Shown: positions 27,490-42,795 of the stretch, piece by piece
How the letters are laid out: the number at the start of each line of letters is the position of its first letter
Position numbering within the stretch: the stretch's first letter is position 1
Assembly (NCBI RefSeq): GCF_006345805.1
Contig: NC_042998.1
Location: 91,202,001-91,266,000, forward strand
Direction of reading: 5' to 3'
DNA: 64,000 nt
From: Octopus sinensis
Lineage: Eukaryota
Position numbers and translations under genes: made by a program
The notes under the pieces: model-generated
Databases searched by the model: none
Told to the model about the DNA's origin: nothing
What the model saw: the letters and a program-made list of their open reading frames with translations, nothing else

Positions 27490-28489
27490 CACACACAAAG
27501 ACACACACACATGTATGTGTGTATGTATGTATGTATGTATGTATGCATACATGTATGTATGGATAGATGGATGGATGGATGGATGGATGGATGTATATAT
27601 TTGCGTACAAGTATATATATGTATCTGTGTACATGTATATATTTGCATACATGTAATGTGCGTGTGCATGTGTGTATCATGTAGCTATGTGTGTGTGCGC
27701 GCGCTAATTACCATTCTTTATTTAAAAAGTCGAAGACAGTCACTAAAATTTACTCGAATTGGTATAAAAAATAAACGATCAAATTATTTATCCAAAAGTT
27801 AATTTTGCTGAGTTAATGACTTATTATAATGGAAACTTCTCACGTCTCAAATATAATAACTCTCGAGTCTTGGAATACCATACAATACAGATTAACTATT
27901 TATCATTTACCACTATTAAAGTATTTTAATATAGATATTAATTAGTATTATTTGGTACTACTAAAACATTCTAATGTACAGGGATTATATTTATTTCGTG
28001 GCACTACTACGTTAGTACGTCAGATGTCGATCAGTACGTTCTAGGTATTTGGTTTCAGGGGTGCTGTTGCTACGCTAAGATCCTTCTACTTCAAACGTTT
28101 TATGTGGAACTTATTTATATCAATTCCAAGAATTTAAACAGTAGAGTGTTATTTATTTCTGTTCTCTTTTTTTCTCGTTACATTGCAGTGTTATCAACTT
28201 TGTTGTATAAGAAGTGATATAAAAATAAATAATGTTGTTTCTGTTATATGTGTTCACGTCGTGTAGGAACAAATGCCTGACAGAATTTTATACAATCAAC
28301 CGTACGACTACTTTCTCTCATACGCTGGATGTGTGTTCTAGATGCGCCATCATATCGGTTTACAAACATCTATACTTAGGAAGTTACATCTCCTAACCAG
28401 TCAGTAGTAATCTAACGCTGAAGTTAAGATTACTCACTCATGCAACAGTTATATCAATATGTTTTTGAAAAGCCACCAAATTCATATTA

Positions 28490-28950
28490 CTTTCTTTTTC
28501 GTGTCTCAGTCATTGGACTGCTGTCATGCTGGAGTACCGCCCTGAAGAGTTTTATTCGAATAGATCGAGCCCGGCACTCATTTTTAAGTCTGGCACATGT
28601 TCTACTGATCTCTTTTATCGAATTGCTAAAGTATGGGAACGTAAATGAACCAACACCGCTTGTCGAGCGGTGGGATGGAGACAGACACTGACAGAAAGAC
28701 ACACACACGTACGCACACGCACGTACACACACATGAAAAATGCACATGCATACATACATACATAATGCATACATACATACATACGTATACATTTACAACG
28801 GGCTTCCATACAGTTTCTGTCTACCAAGTTCACTCACAAGGTCTAGGTCGGTCTGAGTCTGTTGTTATTGAAGTCACTTGCCCAACTACCGTGCAATGGA
28901 GCTGATCCCAAAACCAAGTGGTTGCAAAACGAGTTGCTTAACCGCCCAGC
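28490..28950 (-). mobile_element. CORE-like SINE
   Basis: Same family as 2570-2905. Confidence 0.65.
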
Positions 28951-29025
28951 TATGCATACAAGATTGCAAAACTTCAAATCATTTTTAACTACGACTTCAA
29001 TTTTTCTGGCAATTAAACTTGAGGT

Positions 29026-29078
29026 GTCCAATACTGAAGAGAGGCAGAAATAGCCCGAAACCAGGCTGGTCTGCGGAT
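29026..29078 (+). ncRNA. Type-I hammerhead ribozyme, canonical core, decayed stem I
   Basis: gtccaata CTGAAGA GAGGC AGAAATA GCCC GAA ACCAG G CTGGT C tgcggat; GUC triplet at 29069-29071. Confidence 0.65.
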
Positions 29079-29405
29079 CCCATCGCTAGAAGGTGGTAGG
29101 GGTTCGCTCCCCTGCTTGCAACATGTCGGAAGAAGCTAGGTATCGTTAACCAGCTAGAGGAAATGTCCTCTTGGGGTTAAAAAAATCGTTGTAAAGTCCG
29201 TTCGAACGGAACAGCCATGTTGAAGTGGCTACGAACATTACTTGCTAAATGTTTTAATGTTTATATTAAGCTATGCTTCGATCAGTTCGATCTCGCGTCA
29301 TAATTAAGCGCCTTATTCCTTGACGTTTTCCTAATAGCAGAGTGAATACAAACTCAGAATCGCTATTTCTAAGCTTAAAGAATAATAGCACTTTTATTTC
29401 TTAGG

Positions 29406-29509
29406 CAGTTACGTAGCTAGAGTGTGTGTCGCACAGGGCAGCTCGCCTCGAGGCTCCATAAAAACGTCGCCCGGGGAGGCCCTCCTTCTCACCCTCAACT
29501 ATGCTACTT
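29406..29509. mobile_element. Small hAT-type MITE, relative of 40158-40273
   Basis: cagttacgtagctagagtgtgtgtc ... aactatgctactt; flanks ttcttagg / cccctagg. Confidence 0.5.
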
Positions 29510-31151
29510 CCCCTAGGCCAATATTTTTCATACATGGAGGTCCTGTTAGAAGCGGCGAAAAAAAAAAAAAAAGGCGAGCTGAGGGTAAATTGCCATGTTT
29601 AAGAAAATTAAGATGCCTAGATGGGTTTTAGTTGAACAGATCGAGCCCAGCCCCATTTTTTAGGTCTAGTACTTATTCTATCGATCACTTTTCTCGAATC
29701 GCTAAGTTGTGGGAACGTAAGCAACCCGAAACCAGTTGTCAAGCAGTGGGATGGGGACAAGCATTGGCAGAAACACACACACACATGTATACATTTACGA
29801 CAGGCTTCCATACAGCTTCTGTCAACCAAATTCACTTGTTCAACATCACGGCGAAGAAAGAAGAATCATATTTGACATAAACTCTATTTTGTCTTCTCGA
29901 TAATAAAGGGGATGGGGTAAAAAAAAATGCCTAATATTTTGGTAGAGGTGAATCTGGGAACCACTGTATGCCTGTGGGGAAGAACGGTTTATTTTTAAGT
30001 TTAGAAATAAATATTTTGAGCTTGCATCCAGTCTGCACTATGAACACATCAACGAATAAGGAATAATTCAAGGAACAAACCGATCGAAGTAGCCAGTAGA
30101 TGTAAATGTAAAAGAATTCTCATCTCTAACATGAAAAATTATAATCTTATTAACAATTACTCATGTCAGATATTTCGATATTTAATCTATTATTAATTAA
30201 CTTGTATTCTTTTATAGTTGTCAATTTACATATATTATGGTCGAGCCGTCTCGTCTGGTCTACACAAGGGAAGCTCTTATCTTTTCTTATATTTCTTGCC
30301 TGCCTCCCTCGTCCATACATTGAGACGCTGCACCAACTTCATTTCTATGAAATACCAATATTCACTTTATCTCTGACCTATTCTGTGCTATCGTAGAACT
30401 TCACCTACGCGTTTCCTATTTTCACTGCGTAAATTTTTTGGATCCGGTCCATCCACAAAGAAGCTATGAAAGAGACGACAATGATGATAACAATAACAAC
30501 GATAGGTACAGCCTACGGATAATTATTTTAGCACCATAACAACTTCATTGTTTTACCTTCTACAGCCAACTTAAACTTTTTTTCAGCATGTGTTTACATT
30601 TAGTGATTTCAACTTATTCTCAGCTTTGTGTTTCTTTTAGTTTCCCAAGGCTGTGTTTATTGCTTCCTTTGCGAAGTTTAGATAAAGAGTTTATTTGAGC
30701 TTTACAACAGCCGAAAGAATAAGATGCCGTTCGCTCGTAGGTGGTAAGAAATTTTAGGGAGAGCCGAGCAGCTGAATGTCTTCAGAGAAGTCCTTCTCGT
30801 GCAAATGTTTCAGCCCTTAAACTCTTTACACTTTACGGGGGCCGGGTCACATCCAGTTTATAACTCCAGGATACCTCTTTGGTGTCACATTTTGTGCAAT
30901 TATGTGCATTGTAACTTGTGTCTTCTTGGATGATTAAGTGTCCCAGAGCAAAGATACCTTGAATGTTGTAACCATTTCGGCTTCTGACATTCCCTTTCAT
31001 TCCTCTTTGACTTGATCCATTTGGAACTCTTGTCCACTGCTTCAGCCATTGCCTTTAGACCTCTGGGTTGTGAATTCTTATCATGAAATTGACGTTGAAC
31101 CTTGGTGTCTAATTTGTCTTAGTTTACCAATCTAAAATCAATGGTAGAAGA

Positions 31152-31202
<51 letters not shown>

Positions 31203-32874
31203 CATGAATGTGAGTAAATATAAAACGATTCAAGTGTAGAGATACACAAAAGGAAGGTCGAAATAGCAGTTTAGCTCTCTGACAACTTGCACCTTGCTCA
31301 TAGGATGGTCAGAAACACTGGTCCATTTGAATCTCGTGTTTTAGCAGAACAGAATTGAATCAGATTTTTTAAATACCTGTGTGGCGTATTGTGTAGAGAT
31401 GGTGCAAGTTCCCCGTAGATCGACTCAATTATCTGGTTTCGTATTCTAGTAATCGCTCTTTCAGTACGCTTACACATTTAACACCCTTTAAAACATCGCA
31501 GCACCGCAAACCCCGCTTCTGAAGTCAATACAACTGGTCACTAATTGAAGGATATTGCCAATCAAAGATTAAACAATAGTTTTAATTTATTGAATCAGTT
31601 CAAACAATTGCCGTAAGTGTACCAAACTTGTATCTGCGGTAAATATACGAACATATTTCTTTAAAAAGTACAGCCAGCCGTCACTCGCCCGCGAGTATGA
31701 CTTGATGGCATGTACCATACTTTCGTTTATTGGTTTTAAGTTTTATGTAGTCGCTAGCAGACATAGTCAACTCACTGGTTTCTTCAGCTTTGCCTCAGTA
31801 GAACATTGAGAATATGACAGCTGGAAGGGGAGAAAGTTACACCAGTACCCGAGCTGAGGTGACTTAAATATACAGCTGAGTTGACTTAAGTAACATGAAC
31901 TGCAAGTTACAATGCACTGCCCAGTTCAAGAATTGCACCATCGGCCATATAATCGTGAGCCGAACACCCTAACCATTAGACCACGAACATTCATGGTCTT
32001 ATTTAACTACAATGTATTTCATGATACTCTTTTATTTCAACATTATTAAAGGTAGTTTTCTCACTAGTTTCTTCATCTCATCATATTTAGATGTAGAGTT
32101 TTCTGACACAAGTCTACTAACATTTCTAAATTATTTATTATACTCAAGAACATTATATTCTTCTGTGCACATGTATTTTCTGTTAAATCCAACTCATTAC
32201 GCGTTTGACACTTTCATTGTTCTCTCTTCTAACTGCATGCCTCTCCGACACGCATTCTTCACTACCTTATGAATCTTCGATTAATATACCCACAGTCGAC
32301 TTCAGTTACCTATAAGGTTCCTACAATCCATTTATATCCAAGAACACCAGACAACCAACATTATTCATTTGCAGAAACAAAAATCTACCACATCCCCTTC
32401 AAGTCGCAGTTGACCGTGTTGATTGGAGATGCCAGATCTCCATCTACAGAGTTGAGAGTTCGTATCTCGTCACTAGTTTTATGCTGAGAGTGGATAAGAT
32501 GCTTAGTTCTCAATGACACACCTTACTGTAAGTAAATATCTGAGATTAGTAAAGTTACCCTTCCAATCAGCAAGAGCATTATTAAAATTGCTGAGTGTTG
32601 CTGGTTTACAGTATTGAGATCACATTTTCTCAGGAGTATAGCTTGAAGATAATTGTAGGTGAAGCTTTCAAATGGGCCCCTACTATCTTATAAGACACTG
32701 CTAGTTCCCCTTTGATCATGATAAAATAAACACCATATTCCCTAAATATACTAAGCTATCTGTGAAAAGATCGTATGTTTTTTTTTTTTATTAAACTCAA
32801 ATGAATCATACTTATTTCTTGCCCTTTTTTCTCTAAATTTATTTTCCCTGATTTTGTACCGAAAGGAAATTACT

Positions 32875-32928
<54 letters not shown>

Positions 32929-35739
32929 TCTATATATATGTATATATATATATATATATTGGTGCAATATTGAGTCTTTATGGTGGGTGGCTTTGTCCGG
33001 TTCAACTTAGCTAATTCCCACTTATATATCAATTGTAGCAAACTGTTTCCATGTGTATGCATTCGATAAGTTGTTTGTAAAGTGCTCCACAAAAATAGCA
33101 TGTAAATTTATATGGTCGATCGTATATTTTAGTCTTGATCTTTGTGCCACTTGATGGACAATCTTCTGCTTTTTCTATTGAGTAACTACTCTTCCGATAA
33201 CCAGATGAACTGGTACTAAGTGATTTTCGCATCATCTCAGGAGAGCACTACATCCACTTAGTTGCAGCGAAGGTCACCCATCGAGGAGCTCTGGTCACTT
33301 CGATTTGCAAATAATCAGTCCAGAGAGAGAGCTCAGTAAGACAACCCTCTTGTACTAATACCACGATATAATAACCCATTTTGACTTTTAGTTTATGGGA
33401 GTGGGGCGAACACGCTTAACATACCACATTTAGCACCATACTCTGGCTCTTCGGTGCAGCCCAAGCTTCCGGTCGTAAAATAGCACGATCTCTCGATTCG
33501 TCAGTTCTCACTGTAGTTCCTTTTATGTGATCCCACAATTCGTCTGAGGGTACGAGTGGAAATAGTTTCCGATCAGAGATCTGATGCTGTACAGGGTTCG
33601 GCATAGTGAATATCTCGCGTCCTACATCAAGGAGATCTAATTTACTTCACTTCTATCTGACATCATCATCCTTTGCAATGCTCCCACATGAATGCAGTAA
33701 CACTGGAGAAGATAGTTTTGCGATACTAAACGTTTTAAAACAATCAATATAATCCTCTATACGTATTTCGACACACAAGACAGGTCCAAAACACCCTAGA
33801 TATCTTTTACACCTCTAAACCTGTCCCAATAAACCATCACCATCTCTGCACATGTCAATGTCATACTATTGCCTATTCAAGGCTGCTCACTACATATCCA
33901 CACACTATCCCCATCTTCTTAATCCTATTACACTTAGCCCATAACAGTCAACCATTTAATTCTGTAACAGTTAGCTAACTGACGTTATCCTTGACTTAAT
34001 TAAGGCAGCTAATCACGCAACTGAAGTCTTCTTCTGAAGAATATTCCTCAAATCAGGAATTGCTGACCCCTTACATAACTCAAGTAAGTCCTACGGTACG
34101 GTTCCTATACACCCTTACAGACGCACAACACAAACATTCTAGAACGCATCTGACTGACTGGCAAATATTCATTCCCCGACTCATCGCAACCTTTTGACCA
34201 TACACGAGCTATCACCTCACCCTACCTGTTGTATTGCTACTACTAACGGCTCAGGATTTTCTGAACTCCCAGGATCACATTTCTTTTCTCCTCGTGAAAA
34301 GCCTGATGTAACTCACCCATTAAGTTCCATACTAACCACTTTACCCAATCCTTCCCGTTCAAAACGTCAATCTGCTTGAAATTCCTTCTCTACCCACGTT
34401 TTTCCTGCAGTTATGACTAACATCAACCGTATTGAACTTACCGGCCTCAGAAAGTATTTAAAAGTCAAGGACCCTACTACTTCCAGAAGACAATAAAAAG
34501 ATTTAGTTTAACCTGAGACTTGCAAGTATATTCAGGAGTAGATGTTTTAAAGTGATCGTCTGGGCTAAGTAGCATCCGCTGCACTTTCAATATGAAAGCC
34601 TGACTCTTAGGCCACGTCCTGTGGAGCTCATTTTCTTTATATGCAGGCATTTTTTTCTTATTCCTGCGACATTCACGGATGATATCGTCGTGGAATTTCG
34701 TCTACTTTTCGAGGTCGGTGACAAAGTCATTTCCCCAGACGAGAATCGCTAGTCAGTGACAGTTAAGAGTGAAGTGTAAATAACAACTGATACCAGTTCA
34801 AAATATGAGTTGAATGTCAATAAGTCCAGTGTGGCAGGCAAGTTTCCTAATAAGGTCATACGTTTTTGAATTAGAGACAAAAAGTTGTCTGTTTCTTTAC
34901 CTGCTGGCGTCATTTAAGCTATTAACAGCAAAGGAACGAGAAAATCATTATATAAACACATTCTAATAACTCCCTGTCTTAATAGCACTTGTCATTTCTG
35001 CTAAGTGAGCAGCTATTGTTCGAAGTGGCTCTCCAGTAGAAAAAGATAATGTATTTTATATGCGCTTCATCTAAAATTTTAATTTGTGTGACAGTTATCA
35101 GTATGCATAACTTTGCATGCGCTGCACAAGTATCTAAATATCAATATGCCTATTTTGAAGTCGACTCAACCAATCAAACTCAAAGTCCTACAAGTAGATG
35201 GTTCATCGCAAAAAAAAAAATTAAATTCATATCCTAGTGGGTATCTGCAACAAATATACTGATATCTGACATAGGGAGAGGGCCTTAAAGTTGCAGAAAG
35301 GAGGCATAATCAATTACATTGACCTTAGTACTTAAATGCTACTTATTTAATCGGCCCCGGTAGGATGAAAAGGAAAGCGGGATTTAAACTCAGGTTTGCA
35401 ACTAAATACTGTAAAATATCTTGATTGTGACTATTTATTCTATCGTTCCTACTGAATTATTAAAGATGATGCGCAACACAAACAGAAACCGATTTGGGAT
35501 ATTATAGAATCGATTCAATCGGTTATACTCAGCTCTCTAAAAATTTGCGATCGTGCATCACTATAAGAAGTTCATACCTCCCTCCCACCCTCTATCCATC
35601 CATCTCTGCCCATTACTTGTAGGTCGGTGGTGGAGATAGAACCCTCAGGCACCTCCTCCATTGGGTCTTATAAAAAGCATCCATCATTACACTTTCCAGT
35701 TGGATTTCGAAGCGGGACTAATTGAGACTTTGGATATAA

Positions 35740-36045
35740 TCCAACCAACCCATCCTAGATCCACTCTTAGAATTCCTGTCAGTTGGCTCAGCTAGAAGAA
35801 AACGTCTTAAAATTCCTTTCTACAACATTCTAATCACATGTCTGTAGTACTGGAACTTTGATCTCTCAATGCAGAGATATAGTGGCACGACCTGGAGAGA
35901 CTCCCTGATCTCCGAGTCACGCCTCTGTCGACTAACGTCGCTCTAGAGATACTTCAGAGGAACTCCCTTTCGGCTGCTTGTATTCGCGATCATATTCTTT
36001 CGGTCATAACCTAACATTCATGACCATATAAGAAGAGGGCCTAGC
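35740..36045 (-). pseudogene. Decayed RTE-clade LINE ORF C-terminal fragment
   Basis: Minus strand: FLYGHEC*VMTERI*SRIQAAEREFL*SIS ... SEIRESLQVVPLYLCIERSKFQYYRHVIRM, matching the RTE LLYGxExW...EMxFLR...WFGHVxRM pattern. Confidence 0.7.
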
Positions 36046-36399
36046 AAGCGCTCCGCATCTAGCGTGCGACAAAACCAGCCAAAGAAATCAGACAACATGG
36101 CGCACGCATACGAACCGGAACGAATTACTTCCTCATATTAGTAAAGACATATATAAAAAAATGATGGGAGGTGAATATTATGTTACCGGAGACAGGGATA
36201 CGAGTTGATTTTAAAATGTGATTTGTATAATAGAGCATTCTTCCAAGATATATGTAATTAATATGCAAAATATATTTGTAATGAATTGGTTAACTAATTA
36301 ACTGGTGTGTGGAAATTTAAGAGATAGTTTCTGTTTGGGTTATACTAGAATACAATCGAATGATTCAGTACAGCTGTGCTGATAGAAGACTTCGACGTT

Positions 36400-36742
36400 G
36401 GCGTCGGCGGTGGTGGTGATGATGATAATGAAGAGGAGGAGGAGGAGGAAGGGGATGGTGGTGGTAGTGGTGATGATGATGATAATGATGATGATGATGA
36501 TAATGGTGGTGGTGGTGGTTATGGTAGTGTTGACGACGACAACGATAACGATGATGGTGATGGCAGCGCTTGTGGTGGTGGTGGTGGTGATGGTGATGAT
36601 GATGATGACGACGACGATAGCTACAATGGTAATGGCGGCGCTGTTAATGCTGGTGGTGGTGGTGATGACAACAATAATGATCGTGGTGATGATGATAATG
36701 GTGGTGGTAGATTTGCTGCTGCTGCTGCTGCTGCTACTGCTG
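36400..36742. repeat. Degenerate GAT/GGT/GCT trinucleotide low-complexity tract
   Basis: Directly visible; open in several frames on both strands. Confidence 0.9.
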
Positions 36743-37326
36743 AAACGTATTGCGTAATTACTCTGCGCTGCTTGCCAATCCAAGAAGGATTACAGAAGTG
36801 AAAATTTGCGCAAAATGTTAAGAGTATACCATTTCAAATTTTAAAAAAAATGAGTCAATGAGCGCTTTTAGTTTCTCTTTTGTTTATGTTTTTGTTTTTA
36901 TTTCATTTTTAACACCGAGAAAGTCTGAGATTTCCGAACAGTTAATTATATTTTGGACCATAATATTCCAATATGTAATGTTTCTATGACTGTTACTAAT
37001 TGGTACGTGGTAAAATTTGAAGCAGTTTTCTCTGAATACGAACAAAAGGAACTGGGAAATAAATATTACTTTCGTAGATCAGAAATAGATTTGTATTAAG
37101 TATTAGATAACGCTGTTGAGAGAATCCCTAACGAATGCACGCCTTTGATGGCTTTGAAGTTTAGACTTACGTCCATGCATACATACATACATACATACAT
37201 ACATACATACATACATACATACATACACACACGCACACACAAGCATACACACACACACACACAAAGACGCACGAACACATATATACGTACACACACACAT
37301 ACACCCTGTGTATATGTGCGCACATA

Positions 37327-37580
37327 TGGCTTTGTGGTTAAGAAATTCCCTTTGCAACCATGTGGGTTCAGATTCAGTCCCACTGCATGGCCCAAGTTGC
37401 GTTGCAACCTGTCGTGTGTGTGTGTGTGTGTTTCAGTTCCGCTTGACATGTGTTAGTTTATTTACAATCCCCAAATCTTACCATTTCGGCAAAACCTCGA
37501 TAGAATGAGTACCAGCGGTCGATTTCTTCAAATTGTTCTACAGAGCGGTGATCCAGCATGGCTGTAGTCCAATGAAAGAA
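37327..37580 (+). mobile_element. CORE-like SINE, internally deleted
   Basis: gtggttaagaaattccctttgcaaccatgtgggttcagattcagtcccactgc...ccagcatggctgtagtccaatg. Confidence 0.6.
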
Positions 37581-38581
37581 TTCCAATAAAACAGTATGGA
37601 TACCATGTTGAAATTGACGACAACGTATTCAAAATTATTTCTTCTCATATGAGAAACAGAAAAAAGTAACCAACCATTTTAGTAATATTTTGTTCGAATA
37701 TTTCAACAGATATACAATAATATTAACTTTATTTTCCTTTTTATTTGGTTGTTTAAGGTGCGTGGTCTAGTGGTTAGTGTATTTCACTTACGATCGTTAA
37801 ACCGTGGTTTCAATTCCGGATCCAAGCGGGCATTGTGTTCTTGAGCACAAAACAATTCACTCCAAGTTATTCTAGTTCACGCAGCTGAAAACCAGTTCCA
37901 GTGATATCTGGTGTAGCAGAGATTCGAATCCTAACCGCTTGATAGGTCAGTTAGGCACCACGAGTGAGCCACCACAGTTTCACGTGATTGATGTATAAAT
38001 CGACCGATCAGCGTGAAGTTGTGGTGTGATATGGCTTAAAATTTAACCCCTTGTCACTTCATAAAACAGTTTGGTGCTTAACTCAAGGCTGTCTGATTCA
38101 CATACCCCCACTTCTTGCCGTGCAGACGAGATCCAGCATTTGAGCAGACAGCTTCGTACTTTAACGCAGACGTTCGGGTTCTCAACGGATCCATTGTGAA
38201 CATTCACACGATGTCCCATAGACAGCTTTCTACGGACACGGCAGCTTTTCTCTCCTCCAAGTCGGCATTTGTATTATCAACATTTTTCATTGCAAATAGC
38301 CAACACTAAATATCATGTCCAGTAATACTGGGGAGTTCATCTTGTGACAGACCGGCGTCCCGTTGAGAGGGCAGTGTTGTAATCTCAGTTATGCTCTGGC
38401 CTTTTGACTCCTTAAGCTTTTGATAGACCTACGTCTAAGGTTTATTGGATTGGCAGTTTATCAATTTACTCATAAAAAGAAAGAAAAAATACTGATTCAG
38501 AGTCTTTACCATATGTAACTATCAAAGAAACTTTGGGCCAAAATACGACTAGCTATTCGGAAATCTAAAACTTTATTGAGA

Positions 38582-38617
<36 letters not shown>

Positions 38618-38782
38618 ATGAATGAACCACCTTCCTGCTCATTGACTTGGATTTTCTTTTTCTTTCTAAATTTGAAATAGTATATTTTTAACATCTTGCG
38701 CAATTTTACAATTCGGCAATTGCTCCTGGATAAAAAGCAAATAGCGTAGTAGTTGCGCAATATAAATATTTCAACACTGTTG

Positions 38783-38847
<65 letters not shown>

Positions 38848-40157
38848 TTTCTTTCTCTCTCTTCCCACTCTCTCTCTCTCCTTTCTCTGCGCAGCTGTAC
38901 CGAATCATTCGACTATTTCTCTTATCTAAACACTAAAACGAAACCGTTTCCAACTTGAAAGTCTTGTGTTTGTCCAATATAACATTAAAATATTTTACTG
39001 TTTTAGAAAGAGGTGTACATGTGCTATCGAGAAGAATTGTTTTCGATAATGATTAATTTGTCGTGTTTATTTAGAAATAAAACTATTATTCCTGGTTTTG
39101 TGTTATTTGTATATAGTTTGAGTTACGAGCTTATGAAGAAGTCAAAGCATTGAATAGGGCGCTGTATTTCGAGCTCAAGAATCTGTTATTCAAATAAACA
39201 CTTCTTCCCACTATAATCATCATCATCATCATTGCCATTATTATAATCATTATTAAATTACTAGAGTGCTACACATTATTAGAACGTATCCATTCTTTGG
39301 TCTATATTTGATAGCTGAAAATCAAAAGGATCGATTTTAAAATGTGTTTGGAAATTAGTAAACACTAAAATAACGACTCCATCTATAATAATATCATAAT
39401 AAAATAGCATACGATTAAACACTATATGCCACCGGTAGACAAAAATAGAGCTTAATATATACGAGTTTTTATAGTTCTTAATAACTTCATCAGCTGTCGT
39501 TCACATACGTACACACAAACGCTCACAAGCGCACGCGCCGCACACATAGTTCTGCTGCGTCGTTCAGTTATAGCTATTATCAAGCTGTGCTGAAGATAAT
39601 AACGCGTCTCACGTGTGCTGATATCTAAGAGAAGAGATAGAAACAAGAAGATAGGCAGACATATGGAACGAGAGCGATAGGAAATGGAGAGAGAGTGTAT
39701 AATATCTATAGCTAGCTACCTGGAATGTGCTATTTACCGAGTCACACAGAATAAATAACACTATCGGACTACGTTCACATTACTTAAATCTTACATAAAC
39801 ACGTTTTTTCCCCGCTCACGAAATCTTGTATATGAGAAAAAATAAATAAAATAACGAATAAAAAAAGCACGGAGTAAATCTGCTATGTATTTTTAACAAG
39901 CTGTAGTCGGAAGAGATATATGTTCTAGAAGTTTGTATTAGGATCAGAACTCTGTCAAGGTGGGTTTAAGGGTAACATGCTGTTGAATTAATCGAGGATT
40001 AGAGCCACACACTTCTTTTTGATCTGCAGCAGAAATCAACAGGAAAGAATTTATATCTGCTGGATGTAAGATAAATTCCATTTGTGGCTGTAGGAATAAA
40101 CACCATTTCACTCTTAGATTTTTTCGATCTTCTAGCCAGAGGAAAGACAGTGCTCAT

Positions 40158-40273
40158 CAGTGGAGTAGCTAGAGTGTGTGTCACCCGGGGAAGATTTCGA
40201 GCCTGTCTCTGCAGAGTCGCCAAGAGATGAGGAACTGCCCCTTCGCCGCCTTACGCCACCAGCTTCGCTACTG
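40158..40273. mobile_element. Small hAT-type MITE
   Basis: TIRs CAGTGGAGTAGCT / AGCTTCGCTACTG; 8 bp TSD gtgctcat / gtgcgtat. Confidence 0.65.
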
Positions 40274-40682
40274 GTGCGTATAGACACTGCAGGGCCTGCA
40301 AGGTTGGTGAGAGGGAAGGAAGAAAAAATGCAACGACAGTTGTTACAGAGTGTACTCTGTTAGAAGCACCCAAGGACCAGGTATACTTTAAACCAGGCAA
40401 TGGATTAAGTCTACACTCCAAGGAGGCCATGGCGGGATTCAAACTCAAAATTTTAAGAGCCAGAACAAATACCACCAGACATTCAGTCCGTCATTCTTAT
40501 AATTCTGTGAATTCATTGCCTTCGTTTGGCACGTTTTTACTGACCTCAACAAGATGACAAAACTGACCTTTGTGGGATTTGAACTCAGAGTGCAAAATCG
40601 AAACAAATACCATAAGGTATTTGATCCAACACTCTAACAACTCCGCCATTCTGCCGCTTCTGCTTATTTCATCAGCCTCAAG

Positions 40683-40931
<249 letters not shown>

Positions 40932-42574
40932 ACATGGCAGTTCTTTATATGATCAATGATAACCATAAGTTTATTTGGGAATAGTTTTTAAAAATACCAT
41001 ATCATTTACGCAGACATATATATTATAAATTATAAATCACTGTGGTTAATTATTCAGAGGCTCCACCTGCTTAAAAAAAAACAATAATTAAATTAGTGTT
41101 AGTATTTATTGTAGTGAATGATTAATGATATTTTAATCGTTGTGACAAATATGGGAGGCAATTTCATTTACATTTCGATCTTATCAAACCTCATTAGGTG
41201 AGTTAATTTTTTAAAATATATTTTATGCAGTAAGCGTAAACAAGGCTAATTCAAAGGAAGAAAAGGTGACGTTAGCTCAATTACTAATGTTACTATAATT
41301 ATGTCTGATGAAGAAAAAACGGTGCTTCCATGAGGCGGTTTGGTATATCTGAAACATGTCCAGAGATATTTCCTATACTTGCTAAAATTATTAAAACAAT
41401 ATTAACCACTCAACTGATGTCTTTTATTCACCGAACCAAATAATTATTTATAATTAGGTATTAGACGCTCATTACATTAAATACGTTAACACTATCTTGA
41501 CTGTTGCTTATCAAGCGGATGAAAGGATAAAGATATGTATGCAGGCAGTCAATTAGAAACATTAATGGTAGTACATTCCTATATTCTGCAAACTAGTAAT
41601 GAATGGAGAAGGTATTTCAAGCATGGTAAATATAATAATTGCTTATTCTATAAGAAATAAAAGATGTCAACGAAAGAAGATAGAAAAGATTTATGACATA
41701 TTCACTCCCACTGCCCACCGTACCACCCCCATTACTACTACCATTACATTAGCATGAATTATATTGAGGAAAAAAGTGTAATTGACAAAAAATATCATTT
41801 ATCTTTCACTTTTATCTTTTAGCTTTCATGCGGTCATGTTGGAGCACCGCCTTGAAAGGTTTAGTCGAAAAAATCGACCCCCACTACTTACTTTATTAAG
41901 TCTGGTGCTTATTCTATTGATCGATTTTGATGAGCTGCTAAGCTGCGTGGACGATAACAAACCAGCACTGGTTGTCAAGCGGTGGGAGGACAAACAAAAA
42001 TGCACGCACGCACACACATACACACACACACACCAAAAATATTAACGACAGAAAGAGTATTAAATACCGAATGGTAATCTCCAACAAAACATGAATGCAT
42101 TATCAGAACGCTGAATACCGTGGCTTTCGCCTTGAGTGGTCCTGTCACATAGTTGTGTGGTACTAAGAGCACAGATACATATGGTAGCAGACGAGAACCG
42201 TCTAGTATGACCACCGAATCTGCCTGATCACATGATTTCAGCGTACTGCGCTTCCTCATTAGCTGGCATCAAACCCTGCACACCGGCCAAATCTAACTGC
42301 CCATGATAAATAGAATAACGGTGACTTCTCAGTCACTGATGTCACAGATAACCAGCAGGCTTATTAAAAGATATTTAATTGCGCAGTACACCGAAACCAC
42401 ATAATCTGGCAGTTCCGGCGCTCATGCCACACGGTTTTCCCCTGCTACGATGTATAGTCTGTACTCTTATCACCATGTGTCTACATAAGAAGAGCTCTCA
42501 AGGCGAATGCCACAGTATTCGGCGTTGTAATAATACATTCACGTTTACTAGGATCTAAAAATTGCCTTATATAT

Positions 42575-42795
42575 ATATAATCCCTCGCGATATCAGCGAT
42601 TCACCTATCATGGTTTATTATTTAAGCTTTTGTCGGTTCCTCCGCGGTATTGTTTTGCATTTATAACAAAATAAATATATACAAATTATAAAAAAAAAAA
42701 AATATATACAGTTCAATACTGTTTCTACTTCACGGATTTTCACCTATCGCGGGTTTTTTGGAACGTAACACCCGCGATAGTCGAGGAATTACTGT

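Noticed and set aside
33416-33622. Possible minus-strand coding exon (AG...GTATGT boundaries)
   Set aside because: No recognisable protein and no partner exons; VLFY/PEAW in adjacent frames suggests a decayed RTE LINE instead.
36376-36801. Asp/Gly-rich 141 aa ORF resembling an acidic biomineral protein
   Set aside because: Degenerate trinucleotide tract open in three frames, non-ATG start, no signal peptide or splice support.
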